Below, piece after piece: positions 10,301 through 22,600 of a DNA stretch of 62,680 nucleotides (position 1 is the stretch's first letter; each line of letters opens with the position of its first letter). The DNA is taken from positions 1 through 62,680 of the forward strand of contig NGBS01000033.1 in assembly GCA_002245135.1 (NCBI GenBank), written 5' to 3'. A program made the translations under genes and the position numbers. The notes below the pieces were generated by a model. That model was not told the DNA's origin. It made no database searches and saw nothing but the letters and a program-made list of their open reading frames with translations. The DNA comes from Proteromonas lacertae (Eukaryota).

Positions 10301-13295
10301 TCTGATGTATATATTACTTCAAAAGAATTATTAAATGTTTTGGATGTTATAAAAACTCCTGAAATGGAAAGATTTGCTGCAAAAGAATCATTTAAATTCT
10401 CTCCAAAAGAATATTCCACTTTACTGATCAAAGAACCTTCCAAAAAGCCAATTAATCCTGAAAAAGATATTAATGAGTTGGTTAAAGAATTTAACAATGC
10501 TATTATTATGAATCAAAATAATAAAACTGATAGTTTAAAAGTAATTATTGATGGATATAATGATTTTGTAAATGAATTAAATACATCAAATGGGGAATTG
10601 GAGTTAAATGAAGATAATAAAAAGATAATAAATAGTATTGAAAAGTTATGTAGGAGAATAGATGAAATTGTAGTACTGAATAAAGATAAAGAAGAAGTAC
10701 AACATTTGAAACACCTTATTGGATTAACTGTTCCTACAAGAAATTATGTGGATAAATTATTATCAGAATTACCACTTGATGAGACTAAGAATTACATAGA
10801 TAATATATTATCAAAATTACACTTTCCTATAAATGAAGATAACAAAAATAGGGTACTTGATTGCATGTCTTCTTTTATTAATCAATTTACATTAACATTA
10901 CCTTACATTGTTAATAAAGAAGTAATAGGTAAATTATTATGTAAATTACTTGTTGATACAAGTAAAGAATACATAGAACAGTCTTTATCTGAATTACCTG
11001 TTGATGTTACAAAAGAAGATATTAAAAAGATATTAGCTGAATTGAAAATTACTATAAGTGAAAATTCTATAGATAAATTAATATTATCATTACCTGTTTT
11101 TAATAAAGATGATATTTATCAGTTTTTATCAACAATACCTAATCCTAGTAATACTCCTAAAGAGGATATTGATAAGTTATTATCTCAATTACCTATCCCG
11201 ATTAACGAAGATGATAAAGAAAAGTTAATATCAATATTATCTGTTGGTAAAGAAGAAGATATTCAGTATTTTATACCTGATTTAATTAATGATGCTTCTA
11301 AAGAGTATATTGACAAGTTAAAACCTGCATATAATTCAATATCAATAATGAAAGGAAATTTAAAAGATTATTGTTTGACCTGTACAAGTATATTTATATT
11401 GTTTTTTATATAAAATAATAGAAACAAATGAATTATGTCGAATATTTGGAAAAGCAGTAGTTCTAAATTATGATAATACAATAAGTATTGACTGTAATAT
11501 ATATCAATATCCTAAAAAGAAAGTGTATATCCGAGATGTTTATAAAGATATATGGAATGAATTAAAATATTATATTCTTTTCTCTAAAATAAGAGATGTT
11601 AGAAGTGACAGTTTTAGTGATATTAATGATTTTGTTGATATAATAAATGAATGTATAAGAGAAGATAATGAAGAGAGTAAGAAAAGAAATATAAATATTA
11701 TTAAAGAAGATATTGTTAAAGCAAAAAACTTTGGTGAGAAAATAACTGTTCTAGATGATATGAACAATAAATTGTTTGAAAGAAAAATCGAAAAGGAAGA
11801 AGATGGTGAGTATCTAATAAGTGACTGTTATAAGATTCTATTGAGAGGTAATCCAGGATGTGGTAAAACCTCTTTTATAATATTTTTGTTGAAGATGATC
11901 ATTGATTTAAATAAAAGAATTAGTTTTGATAAATTGAAAATCACAGCATCAGTATTTAAAAATGGAGATAATAATGATTTCAATAAATATATATTAACAG
12001 GAGAAGAAGTATGTGAATCTAATCAATCAAATGAATCTAATCAATCTGATATAGCTATATCAGATTCTTATAACCTTTCACAAGAAAAAGCAAGGTCTTC
12101 AATTTTATTATACATTACTTCACCAGATTATAAGAATTACAAAGAATTTTTTCATGAGAATAGTAATTATCTATTTTATTTTATGGATGTATTTAGTGAT
12201 GATGAAATAGTAGAATGGGAAGGAAAATGTTTAACTCCTGATTTAGTAAATACAGCAAAATTATTTAATAATAAATATGGAAATGTTCCAAGACATATCT
12301 ATTATGCAGCAATATATGATGTTTGTTATGGTAAAGATTATTGGGATGATTTATATTCATTAGGCATAAAAAGAATAATAGGTGGTATAGGTTATATGGA
12401 ATTTCTTTTGAAATATTTATTTATAAGTGAAAATGAACAAGATGAAATATCTAAAAAGCAAATAAAATTTGATAGTACATTATGTCATTATATAGTGAAG
12501 TATTCTATTCCTTATAAAGATGAAGTTAATAAAATCAAATACTATGATAGAATTAATGAACATCAAATGGAGTTTATATCAGATGAAGTATTTGATTTTA
12601 TATTCTACAGTATTAAACACAAAGCTGAAAAAGATGATGTAGATAAAATTCAAGAGATTTTTAGGAGTATTTTTAATGAAAAAGATCATCAATTATTTCA
12701 ATTATTATTTGAAGAACTAGTATTTTACAACTGTTTATATAATGGAGATATATTACAATTTGAAAATAAAAGAATAATAGAAAGAATTGATAAGAATAAA
12801 TTTGAAAAATTTAGAAGTTTATTTAATGTCGATATATATTCTACAATAACTGAGGGAGTGTATTTACTTCATTTATCAACTGTTGAGAATAGAGAAATGA
12901 TTTATTTGATGAATAATTGTTTTATTCATATTATAAATGATCCAAGCAAAGCCAAAAGAGAATGTAATGAAATAATTAACGAATGTATTATTCAACTGTC
13001 AATGAAAATGGAATGGTTAAATTTTCATTATATATTTGTTTGTTCAAAAGGTAAAACTGCTCAACAATCAACAGTAGAGAAAGAGTTCATATCACATTTC
13101 AATAGAAAAGTAGATCCAAAAACTAGAAAACCTATAACAACTTTTATTGTGAAAAATAATACAACAATGTTTTTTGAATATGGTGAATCAGTACAAGCAT
13201 TGGAAGGTGAAATTGATTTAAAGTATTATCTATCAGAATTAGAGAAAGAAGTGTATGGAAAGGATTTTGCTTTAAAATTACTACCTCAAATATAA
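7396..13295 (+). CDS. Crinkler/RHS-type (CR) protein: NTPase-A + PD-(D/E)xK REase, coiled coil, helical repeats, NTPase-B + degenerate REase (~1,923 aa, 5 exons)
   Basis: GT-AG introns 8545-8574, 8755-8785, 9959-9991 and 11388-11421 join five ORFs in frame. Module A: GNDRIGKT, IVISD, VSSPN..YK, GMIYE..FPAIDG..VQMTVKNKH. Module B: GNPGCGKT, ITSPD, YGNVPR, LLFE. Confidence 0.8.
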
Positions 13296-13354
13296 CCATC
13301 ACAGGAAGGATATGGAAACTGTTTATTCCGTTTAATAAGTGAACAAGTCTATGG

Positions 13355-13410
13355 CTGAGTTTGTCAAAGGACTTCCTTTTACGTTTTGTCCTGTCCTTTT
13401 TCCATATTTT
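13355..13410 (+). repeat. Dispersed copy of a transposon-end-like sequence (also at 52993-53048)
   Basis: CTGAGTTTGtCAAAGGACtTCCTTTTACgTTTTGTCCTGTCCTTT is near-identical to the sequence starting at 52993. Confidence 0.75.
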
Positions 13411-13734
13411 GTTTTTCTATCCTTTTACTTTTTTTCTATTTTCTCTTCTTTTTTTTTTATGTACAGTTTGAATAATTATGATATATATAGTATAAGTTAT
13501 TCACCTCTTTCACATAATTTCTAGTATATCTCATATTTAAATTTTCTTTTACTATATTAGACAAAACCTTTAGTGAGGTATATGAAAAACACATAGCTAA
13601 TAGATAAAAACAATAATATAATATACTACTCACTACTAATTCTTTTAAATGGTTGTAGTGTCGAATTCCTTGAATAATGTGTTTAGTATTAATTATTTTC
13701 ATAACATTTCTACCTAAATCAATATTTTTACATT

Positions 13735-14330
13735 CTAGAAACAACTTAATATTATTGAAAATAAAACACATTCAAATTTTGAAAGGGATGGAATTTCTAT
13801 AACAATAAGAGAAAATATACTATTCTTTAAATTGATTTCTTCTGTATTTCTATCTTTAAATACTTCTTCAAATATTTCTCTTTTTATTGGAGTTGATATT
13901 TCTTTTAATTTCACAAATTCCTCATCAATTATTTCTATTCTTCTTTCTTCATCTAATAACATTAAATAAATAAACAAATATACTCATTGAGATTGAATTT
14001 AATAAACAAAGACTTCAAGATATTTTGATATTGATATATCTATCATAGGATATTCAAAATAACCCAATTTATAAGAGAATATAACCATTTTCACTCTCAA
14101 ATATGTTTGTAGCTTTCACAGTAGTGTGACAAAGCCCATTTTCATGTAAATTATATAAAGCATTAATAACAGTATAAAACCATTGTTGAAGATGCTAATA
14201 ATACTAACAAGATAATATATATACTTCTCTTGTTCTTTCTTTTGATGGAACTTGTGCAAGACTTCTTTTGTGTTTTATTGTTGAAATACTGAAGTAATTG
14301 TTTGTATTATACACCCTATAATATATATCT
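13735..14330 (-). pseudogene. Degenerate protein-kinase-like gene fragment
   Basis: Exon 14194-14069 reads QWFYTVINALYNLHENGLCHTTVKATNIFESENGYILL* (subdomain VIa/VIb, HRD lost, stop before DFG). Intron 14195-14224 precedes it. Limits uncertain. Confidence 0.4.
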
Positions 14331-14726
14331 ATAAAATCTTCTTCAAAATCTGTAACTGAAGATAACTAACAATAATATAAATAGATAATATGTATCCAAT
14401 ATCATTACATCGAGCATATAAAAGATGTATTTTTGTTGTAACATATTCAGTTATTAAGAAAAATCGAAAACTTTACTATAAAATTAACGAATATATTTCA
14501 ATAATTATCCCAAAATTTAAAAATGATTGTATAATAGTATTACATAATATCTATAAGAAAAATGTAAAGGAGATATAATATCTTATTAATATTCTATATA
14601 ATATGGTATGATGAATTATATGAATAGTTCAATACAATAATCATTTCTTTAAAACATTCTCTACTTTTCCCTATTTCAATTATATGACAAATAAAGAAAA
14701 AAAGAGTTAAAAACAAAATATCTATT

Positions 14727-15275
14727 TTATTCTTCTTCTATCTTATTCTCATCTTCTAAACGTTTCATATAGTTATAATATCTAGTAATCATTGATTCTA
14801 ATTTCTTAGCTGTTAATTGGTTATAATTAAGCTTAATATCCATAAACATTTTCTATAAACATTGATATATTACAATTCATACTTTATAATCATCTTTATA
14901 TTTCTTTATTAATGGTTTTATATACTCTATGTCATCTTCAGTCATGAAGTATTTACCTCTCTTTGGTTCAGTTGAAACAGGTACATCTATTCATATAGCA
15001 ACATAATAAACATACCTGCAAACTCAATAGGTGTATCTGCTTCTTCTTTTTTGTTTGGATTGTTCGGATCATATACTAAACCTAGTTTTGTGAAATTTTG
15101 CTTTAATGTCTTTTTGAAATCCCAATTTTTCTAAATGCGTTATATAAATCGAAAATGATACTTTTATTTCTTCACATGGGATGTTTTTATTAAGATACTT
15201 GTTGTGAATTTTTCGTTTAAAAGAAGTTTTTCCTGATGATTTCGCTTTGTTTGGCTTCTTTGAACCTCTTCCCAT
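14727..15275 (-). CDS. NOP16: Nucleolar protein 16 (4 exons)
   Basis: Spliced product contains WDFKKTLKQNFTKLGLVYDPN and KYKDDYKKMFMDIKLNYNQLT. Three ~30-nt introns. Confidence 0.85.
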
Positions 15276-15402
15276 TTTGATGAGAATGAAAAATGTTTGA
15301 GATAATCAAGCTTAGTTCATTCATTATTTTTTGTTTTTCTCTTTATATCAAATAGAAAAATGCATTATTAAATTTACTATTTATTAATCTATATCAATCT
15401 AA

Positions 15403-16438
15403 TTAAAGCAGATGACAAGTTTTAGAATGTTCCACAGTATTTGAATCTTGGTTATTATCACCTGGAGTTTCTTTATCATCAGTTTTTTCTTTAGGTTTTG
15501 CTTTTCTAGTCTTATCAGCAACACTCGGATAATATTTTCCAAACAACTCGGATAACAAAACAAGTAATTCCTCATCATCAAACGTAGGACAATATTTAAC
15601 AACAAATTCTTCAATATCTTTCCTATGAAATAATTCTTTATCCTTTTTCTTCTCTAATAATTGAGATAAAATCTTCACTCTTCCACACAAATTCTCTACA
15701 TCCACATTTTCTTTTTCTTTCTTCATTACACTCAAAATCATTGCAATTTCCATCTCAAAATGTTCATTATCAATATCAATGAACTTATTAAGGAAATGTA
15801 TAGATGTTTCTCTTATCTCTTCATTATGATCAGATACTCTATCAGTTATAATTGATATTACTTCATTTATTCCTTTATTCACTTCATTTTTATCGATTTT
15901 ACTAATATCAATATATTTAACATTATTTCTAAAAAAATCATTACAAAATATCACAGCTCTTTGAAATAGAGATGGAACTGGTGATTTTAATGGAGTTAAC
16001 ATAATTTCATATAAATATTTATATAATTCAACTGGTGTATATTTATCAGAAATAACATTCAAATTATCTTGTAATATTTCAATACATCCACTGTTTAAAT
16101 TACAATTTTGTGAGTTTAAATACATAATAAAATATAAACCAAATACTTTAGCATATTTTGCAAAGGATGCAATGTGTTCTTTTGTCATTCCTTCTGGTGG
16201 ACTTTGATGTGCATTTATTCTCCATTCTCTTATTAATTCATCTAATGCTGCTAAGGGAATATCTTCTTCTTTAACCATCCCATTATCACTAACAGTACTA
16301 TTGTATAAATCTTTTCCATCATCTTCAGGTTCTGGCTCGGGTTCTGGTTCTTTTTCTGACTCAGGCTCGGGTTGAGGTTCGGGTTCTGGTGTTAATTGTG
16401 GTGGTGGTGGTGGAGGAGGAGATGGAGGTGGTTGAATA

Positions 16439-16469
<31 letters not shown>

Positions 16470-17551
16470 CTTCTGAAGATGATGATGATATTGTTCCATT
16501 TCCATTTATTCTCAAATGTAATTCAGGTAAAGCAGCATCCACTATTTCTTTTCTTTTTTCAATAGAAGTGTCTAAATCATGTTTTAAATAGATATTATCT
16601 GGATCTTGTTTTATTGCTTTCTAAATTATAAACAAATAATAATTATTATATACTTGTAATCCCCTTATTTTCTGTCCTTCCATAATAATCAAATTTGCAG
16701 TTTTTTTGCTACTTTTATTCTTCTTAATCTGTTCTTCACTTAACTCTTCAATATTTGAATCATCATTTGGATCAGGTTCTTTATGTTTTGTTAAATAGGC
16801 TTCAATCTGTAATAAATATACACTTGACATTTTATCTATTTTTACATTTCCTTCTGCTTTATGTCCATCATGGTCAAAATCGTATGGTATTATTTTATAC
16901 TCTAATCTATCCACTGGATTTCCTAGTATTGATATTGCACAAATATTTATTCTATTGTGTTTGTTCAATGGGGTTTTGTAACATCCATCTATTTCTAACT
17001 TTAGATGTTGAGTTGTACAGGATATATTGGCTGTTATTATATCACTTTAATATATTAAAGAAATTAATAATAAATAAATACAAAATGATGTAAAGAAAAA
17101 ATGGATATGTTTATTCTTTTGTTCTTCTGTGAGTTTTTCTTCTGTTCTAATGGTTCCAATATATGCATAATCATTTCTATTATATATGATTAATCATATA
17201 ATTAATGCATACGGTAGAGATGAAAAGGAATCTTCTGCATATATGTCAATTTTCTTTGGATATTTATAACTATAATGGTTTAATAGAATATTATATAAAT
17301 ATACTTGTGCATTAAAAATTGCATTTGATGGATTTCACTAAATGTTGTTAATTCTATATTTATTTCTATTGGAAGATGTGGATTTCTGAATATATAAATT
17401 TTTAAATGATAAGTAAATACTTTGAAGAAATCCAACCATTTGTTTCATAATTTAAACCACTTCCATCAGAATTTAAATTAGTAGCTGGATGTTCTTCAGA
17501 TTGTGAAGTTGTACTTATAACAATAAATGGTAACTGTAAATTAGGAATCAT
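15403..17551 (-). CDS. CEP104-like protein (N-terminal jelly-roll, Pro/Glu linker, TOG/HEAT-like C-terminus), multi-exon
   Basis: LPFIVISTTSQSEEHPATNL..GWISSKNPHLPIEINIEL..IHQMQFLMH and NKHNRINICAISILG parallel the CEP104 N-domain. DRVSDHNEEIRE is HEAT-like. Confidence 0.55.
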
Positions 17552-17715
17552 AGAATTTTCATTCACTACTTAAGATTAAAAAAACGAAAAAAAAATATTC
17601 GAAAAGTTTTGAAAGAATACCCCTTTTTAGGTATTTTTAGGTGTATGAAAAGTTCGTCCAAAACTTCGTTTTATTTTTTTTATTTTAGTTTTAATTCAAT
17701 AAATATAAATAAGTC

Positions 17716-19455
17716 ATGTCTATATCACCTCATTCACAAGAGGGATACCCTAGAAAGTACTCTCCATTAGGTATGTATTATATAATTACATATAATGTTT
17801 AGAAGGAGATAGGCGTGATAATTACGAAACAGCCGAAGCTGCAAAACAGGCTAATGAAGAACTTTTAAGAGAATTAAGAGCAGAAAATGTAGAATTAAGA
17901 AAGAAATTTGCTGCTTTCCGACAGGCTGCTCAAGCTCAAGGTGCAGCAACAGATGATGAAGTAGAAGTTGCCTGTGAAACTCACAAAGCTAGCAAATTGA
18001 GAGTAGAATGTGACAGAATAATAGAAGAAGCCAACCAAAGAGAGAAAGAAGTAATACGTTTAAGAGATGAAGCTGCCATATTAGAACAACAAGCCAAAAG
18101 ACCGGCTGCTGAAGATACTCCAATGGGTAGAAAGATTCGAATGTTAGAAAATCGTTTAGATAAAGCAATGATAAAATTCAACGAAGCACAAAGCATTCGA
18201 AAAACATATGAACAAATAGTAAAGAAGTTACAAGAAGAAAGAGTTGGTTTTGATAATCAACTAACAGCTTTAGAAGGTGCTTTAAATGCAAAATCTCGTG
18301 ATGTAGATGAATTGGTATTAATAGCTGCTAATGCAATGCATGCTCGAGATTTTGCTTTAGCTGATTTAGAAAATGCGAAAGTGAAATACCGAGATGATCG
18401 TATAAGTCGAGAGCGTCAACTTCGTGAAAGAGCTGTAATTCGTCGACAACGAGAACAAGCTGCCATTCGAGCTGAACAACGAGAAAAATTACGAAAAGAT
18501 TATGTGGCAAAAGCAGCTGGAGATTTAGGAGAAGAAGAAGAAGAAAATTTAAAGAGAAATTATGAAACATATAATTTAGCAAGTAACCGAATAGCTGGTC
18601 AAGTAGAGAATACGAAAGAGAGTTTAGATAAATATGAGGAAGCATTTAGAAAGATAAAAGAATCAACAGGAGTGAGTGATGTGAATGAAGTAATAACAAA
18701 GATTATATCACAAGTATATAATTATTAATATATTATTATTATTATTAGGGAGATACTGAACATGATTTACAGAACTTATCAAAAGAGAATCAAACCAAAA
18801 TTGATAAATTAACAGTAGAAAGAGATGAATTAAAGAATAAAGTAGAAGAAATCAAATATGCTATAGGTGGTGGAAGAACTGGAAGTCGAAAGATAGTTGA
18901 TGAATTAGAACGATCAATGACCGATGCATCTGCAGAATTGGAGAGACAGAAAGCTAAATATGAAAGATTAACAAAGATCTTGATTGAAGCGAAAGCAGGA
19001 ATAAATCACTTAAATCAAAAATTGAAAAGTGTAATGAGAGAAACTCAACAAAATTCATTTGATAGTGATCGAATATCTGATATAATAGCTAGAGTATATA
19101 TTATATATATTATTATTATTATTATTATTATATATAGTGTGAAGATACTCTAGTAATGATGTTGAATAAGATAAAAGAAGAAGGAATTGAGTTACAATCT
19201 AATATGCAAAATATATCCGTTTCAACTCGAGATATTGATGCATCTCGACCTTATAATCGTCGTATTGCATTGGGTAATGATAATGGTGTAAATGTGAATG
19301 CAGTTGGTGATGATGAAGAAAGTGATGATGAAGGAGAAGCAAATGATGAGTTAGGCCGAGATGAAGTGAAGAAAGCTAGTGAATCTATAATACGTGAGAG
19401 TAAATTAAAGGCGAAACGTAAATTAAAACATGGAAGACATGATGATGATTTTTAA
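17716..19455 (+). CDS. Outer dynein arm docking complex coiled-coil subunit (ODAD3/CCDC151-DC1 family), 4 exons
   Basis: IRMLENRLDKAMIKFNEAQSIRKTYEQIVKKLQEERVGFDNQL and YEEAFRKIKESTGVSDVNEVITK. Confidence 0.8.
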
Positions 19456-19652
19456 AAGAAAGAAGGAAGATAATTAATTTTTATTATTATTTATTTCATA
19501 TTATTATTAATTGGATATTGAATGTAATTGGGTTTGTTTATAACAGTGATATTTAGTTTATAATAGTGATGGAGATGAATTGTAATAATGAAATATATTC
19601 GTTTCAACTGACAAAACAGTTACACAAAGATATAAAAATTTCAATTCTCTAA

Positions 19653-22600
19653 ATGAAGCTTTATATCTTGCTTATTGGAATAGCTGTGGTGTTTGGAGTT
19701 TGTCCAAATAATTGTAATGGACATGGTAAGTGTGTAAACAACAACTGTGAGTGCTTCCCTCAACCCAACTCTGTGAAGTTGAACTATGTAGGTTCAGATT
19801 GCTCATTGTGTATATATTTTTTATTATTTAATATGTATTATAGATGCTTGTCCTGTTGGTCCCAATTTCTTTGCCGTGAATCAAGAGATTAGTAGTTACA
19901 AAGAGCGAAATGTAGATGATGGTTTAAGTCCCCTTCGTGTGCTATCTAGTTCAATAAATAGTACATCAAATGTTCGAATGTTAGTTGAGAATGGAATTAG
20001 TGAATTAACAGCAATTGATGTAGATACACACTTTTATAAAGTGAAGATGAGTAATACAATAGTGTATGATGGTATTGGTGCTGCTTTAAATTGTTTCAAA
20101 ACTGATGGTGTTGTTTATGGTAAGCTTTTAGGAGAAGAAGAAGGTTATTACTTCATTCAATTTGCTTCTGAACCTGGAAAGACATTAGATTGTAAAGTGG
20201 TAATGAATTTTACTGATTATTCTTTATTTAATGAAGTTACACCTACTTGTGTAAATGCTGAAGGTAGTGATAAAACTTGCACAGTTACCTGGATTAAAAT
20301 GGATTTCTTATTGAAGGGTAAAAATTTGAAAAAGATGTTAAAATGAGTTGTTCTGGAGATTCTGTTATAACAATTACAGTTGGTGATGGAACTTCTACAA
20401 ATCCTTCAGACGTAACTTTTACATTTACATCAAGTAGTGAAGTAACAAGCCCTTGTCGTTTATTAGCTGATAAAGATGGAAAAGCAATTTCAAATAGTGA
20501 GAAAAGTGATTATGCTAAATCAATTAAAGATATAACTGTTACTGCTAAAACAGCAACAAATATATTATATGAACATACAAGTGTTTATCCAGTATCACTT
20601 GAAAGTTTTAATATTCATTCTGATACTCAAGAATTACCTTCATTTGGTGTATTGAAATGTAATATTCCTGGATATCAAGAACCACAGAATGCATATTTAA
20701 TGGGAAAAGATGCATTAAGTAATTATTTGATTTTATATGATTTTGATTTTACCAACATTAAAGGAGAAAAAGTAACAGATAAATTATATCCTGCTATTTA
20801 TCAATGTTCATTCATTGAAGGATCTTCTACTGATTTGACTTATTTTTATCCATATGTATTTGCTGGAGATGCTTCAGATTTTACAGTTACTTGGGGTGAT
20901 ATTGGATATACTTATCCATCAACTGAAACAAATCAAAAACTACAATTTGCTTGTGTAGAAAAATATGGAGATCCTGCTCAACCAAAAGATAAAGGAAATG
21001 TTAAGATTTACGATTATAAAGGTCCAGCACCATCTTCATCTTCTAATACTATTACGTTTAGTTTTGTAGAAAGAGATAAATCAAATAATCCATCCAATAA
21101 AATCTGTTACTTACTTGGTAAAATCGATGGAAGTAAAATAGTAAGTGTTGATATTAGAAATACTTCATTATCGAAGAATATTCAACCAACAAAAACTGAA
21201 ACAATATACACTTATTATAACAATTTACCACAAAATGTAAATGGATTAGATGATAGTATGAAAGATAAATCTATATACAAATTGACAGGATTATATTATG
21301 ATGTAAATGAGAATGGAGGAACATTAGAATGTCATAAAAGAGAAAATAATCAATACTTAGGAAAAGCATATGTATTAAGAAAGAGTAGTGTAAATTATTA
21401 TGTTAAATATGATACTAAACCAGAAGGTAAAGGTCCATCTGATTATAGATGTGATTTATTAAATAAACATAATGATTTATCATTATATATGGGAAAATTG
21501 ACTTACAAAAATGATAAAACAATAAAAATGGAAAGTGTTGGTTATTTTATTAAGTTGATGGGATTATTAAAAGATTTGAGTAAATCAATTCCATTTTTAT
21601 GTGAAACTGGTGATGGTAATTATGGAATGTATTACTTTACAATTAAATCAACAGCTGATGAAATATCAAAGTATTCAGAAAATTCATTTGGTGATTTAAT
21701 ATTTACAACAACATCTGATGGTATTAAAGATAAGGGTGGTTGTTATATGATGATTAATAGTAAAGGAGAGAATGTGAATGTATTAGAAAGTGATTTGAAT
21801 AATGAATTTACAATCACTTATGAGAATAATAAGTGCAAATTAGGAGATAAAATAGTGTATGATAATACAAATAATGTTTATAAAGTAACCAATTTGAATA
21901 TTGATGTAAATGCAAATGGTGGTGAAATTGATTGTTATAATAGAGATGGAAATACTTATAAGACAGTTAATATAAAAATGAAAGTTGATAATACATATTA
22001 TTTAAGTGATGATATAACTAATTCTGAATGTCATTTATCATATAAATATAATGATTTGAGTTTATATGGAGAATATGGATATACAGATACAAAAATAACA
22101 ATGGTTAATGAAGGATTTTATTTAAAATCAATTGGATTTTTAGATAAAGTGAAAGATAAAGAAGTTTCATTTTTATGTGGTACTAAAGATCCTGGTAGTA
22201 ATTATAATATTTTTAAGTTTAAATTGGATGTAGAAAATAGTCAAATTGACTCTTATACTGAAGGTAATCCAGGTAGTGTTGTATTTATACCAAAAGATGA
22301 TGCAAATAAACCTACTGCTTCAGATTTAAATTCTTGTTTTATATTAAGTGATGCAAATGGAAATACAATTGATCCAAAAACAAGTGATTTAAAACATAAA
22401 TATGCAATAGAAGAGAATAATGGTGTATATACATTATCAGAGTTTAAAGTTACTCAAATATCAACATCAACATATTACAAGAATCCATGTGTTAATTATG
22501 ATATTGATCCAAATGGTGGTGGTTTATTACATTGCTATGATAAATCTACAGGATCACATGCAGCTACAGCAACAATATTAGGTAAAAGTAATGATGGATA

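Noticed and set aside
7396..13295. Viral packaging ATPase or SF3 helicase call for the P-loop ORFs
   Set aside because: They contain introns and carry the SSP, GxxPR and D..QxT..H motifs of CR NTPase-REase proteins, not A32/FtsK or SF3 motifs.
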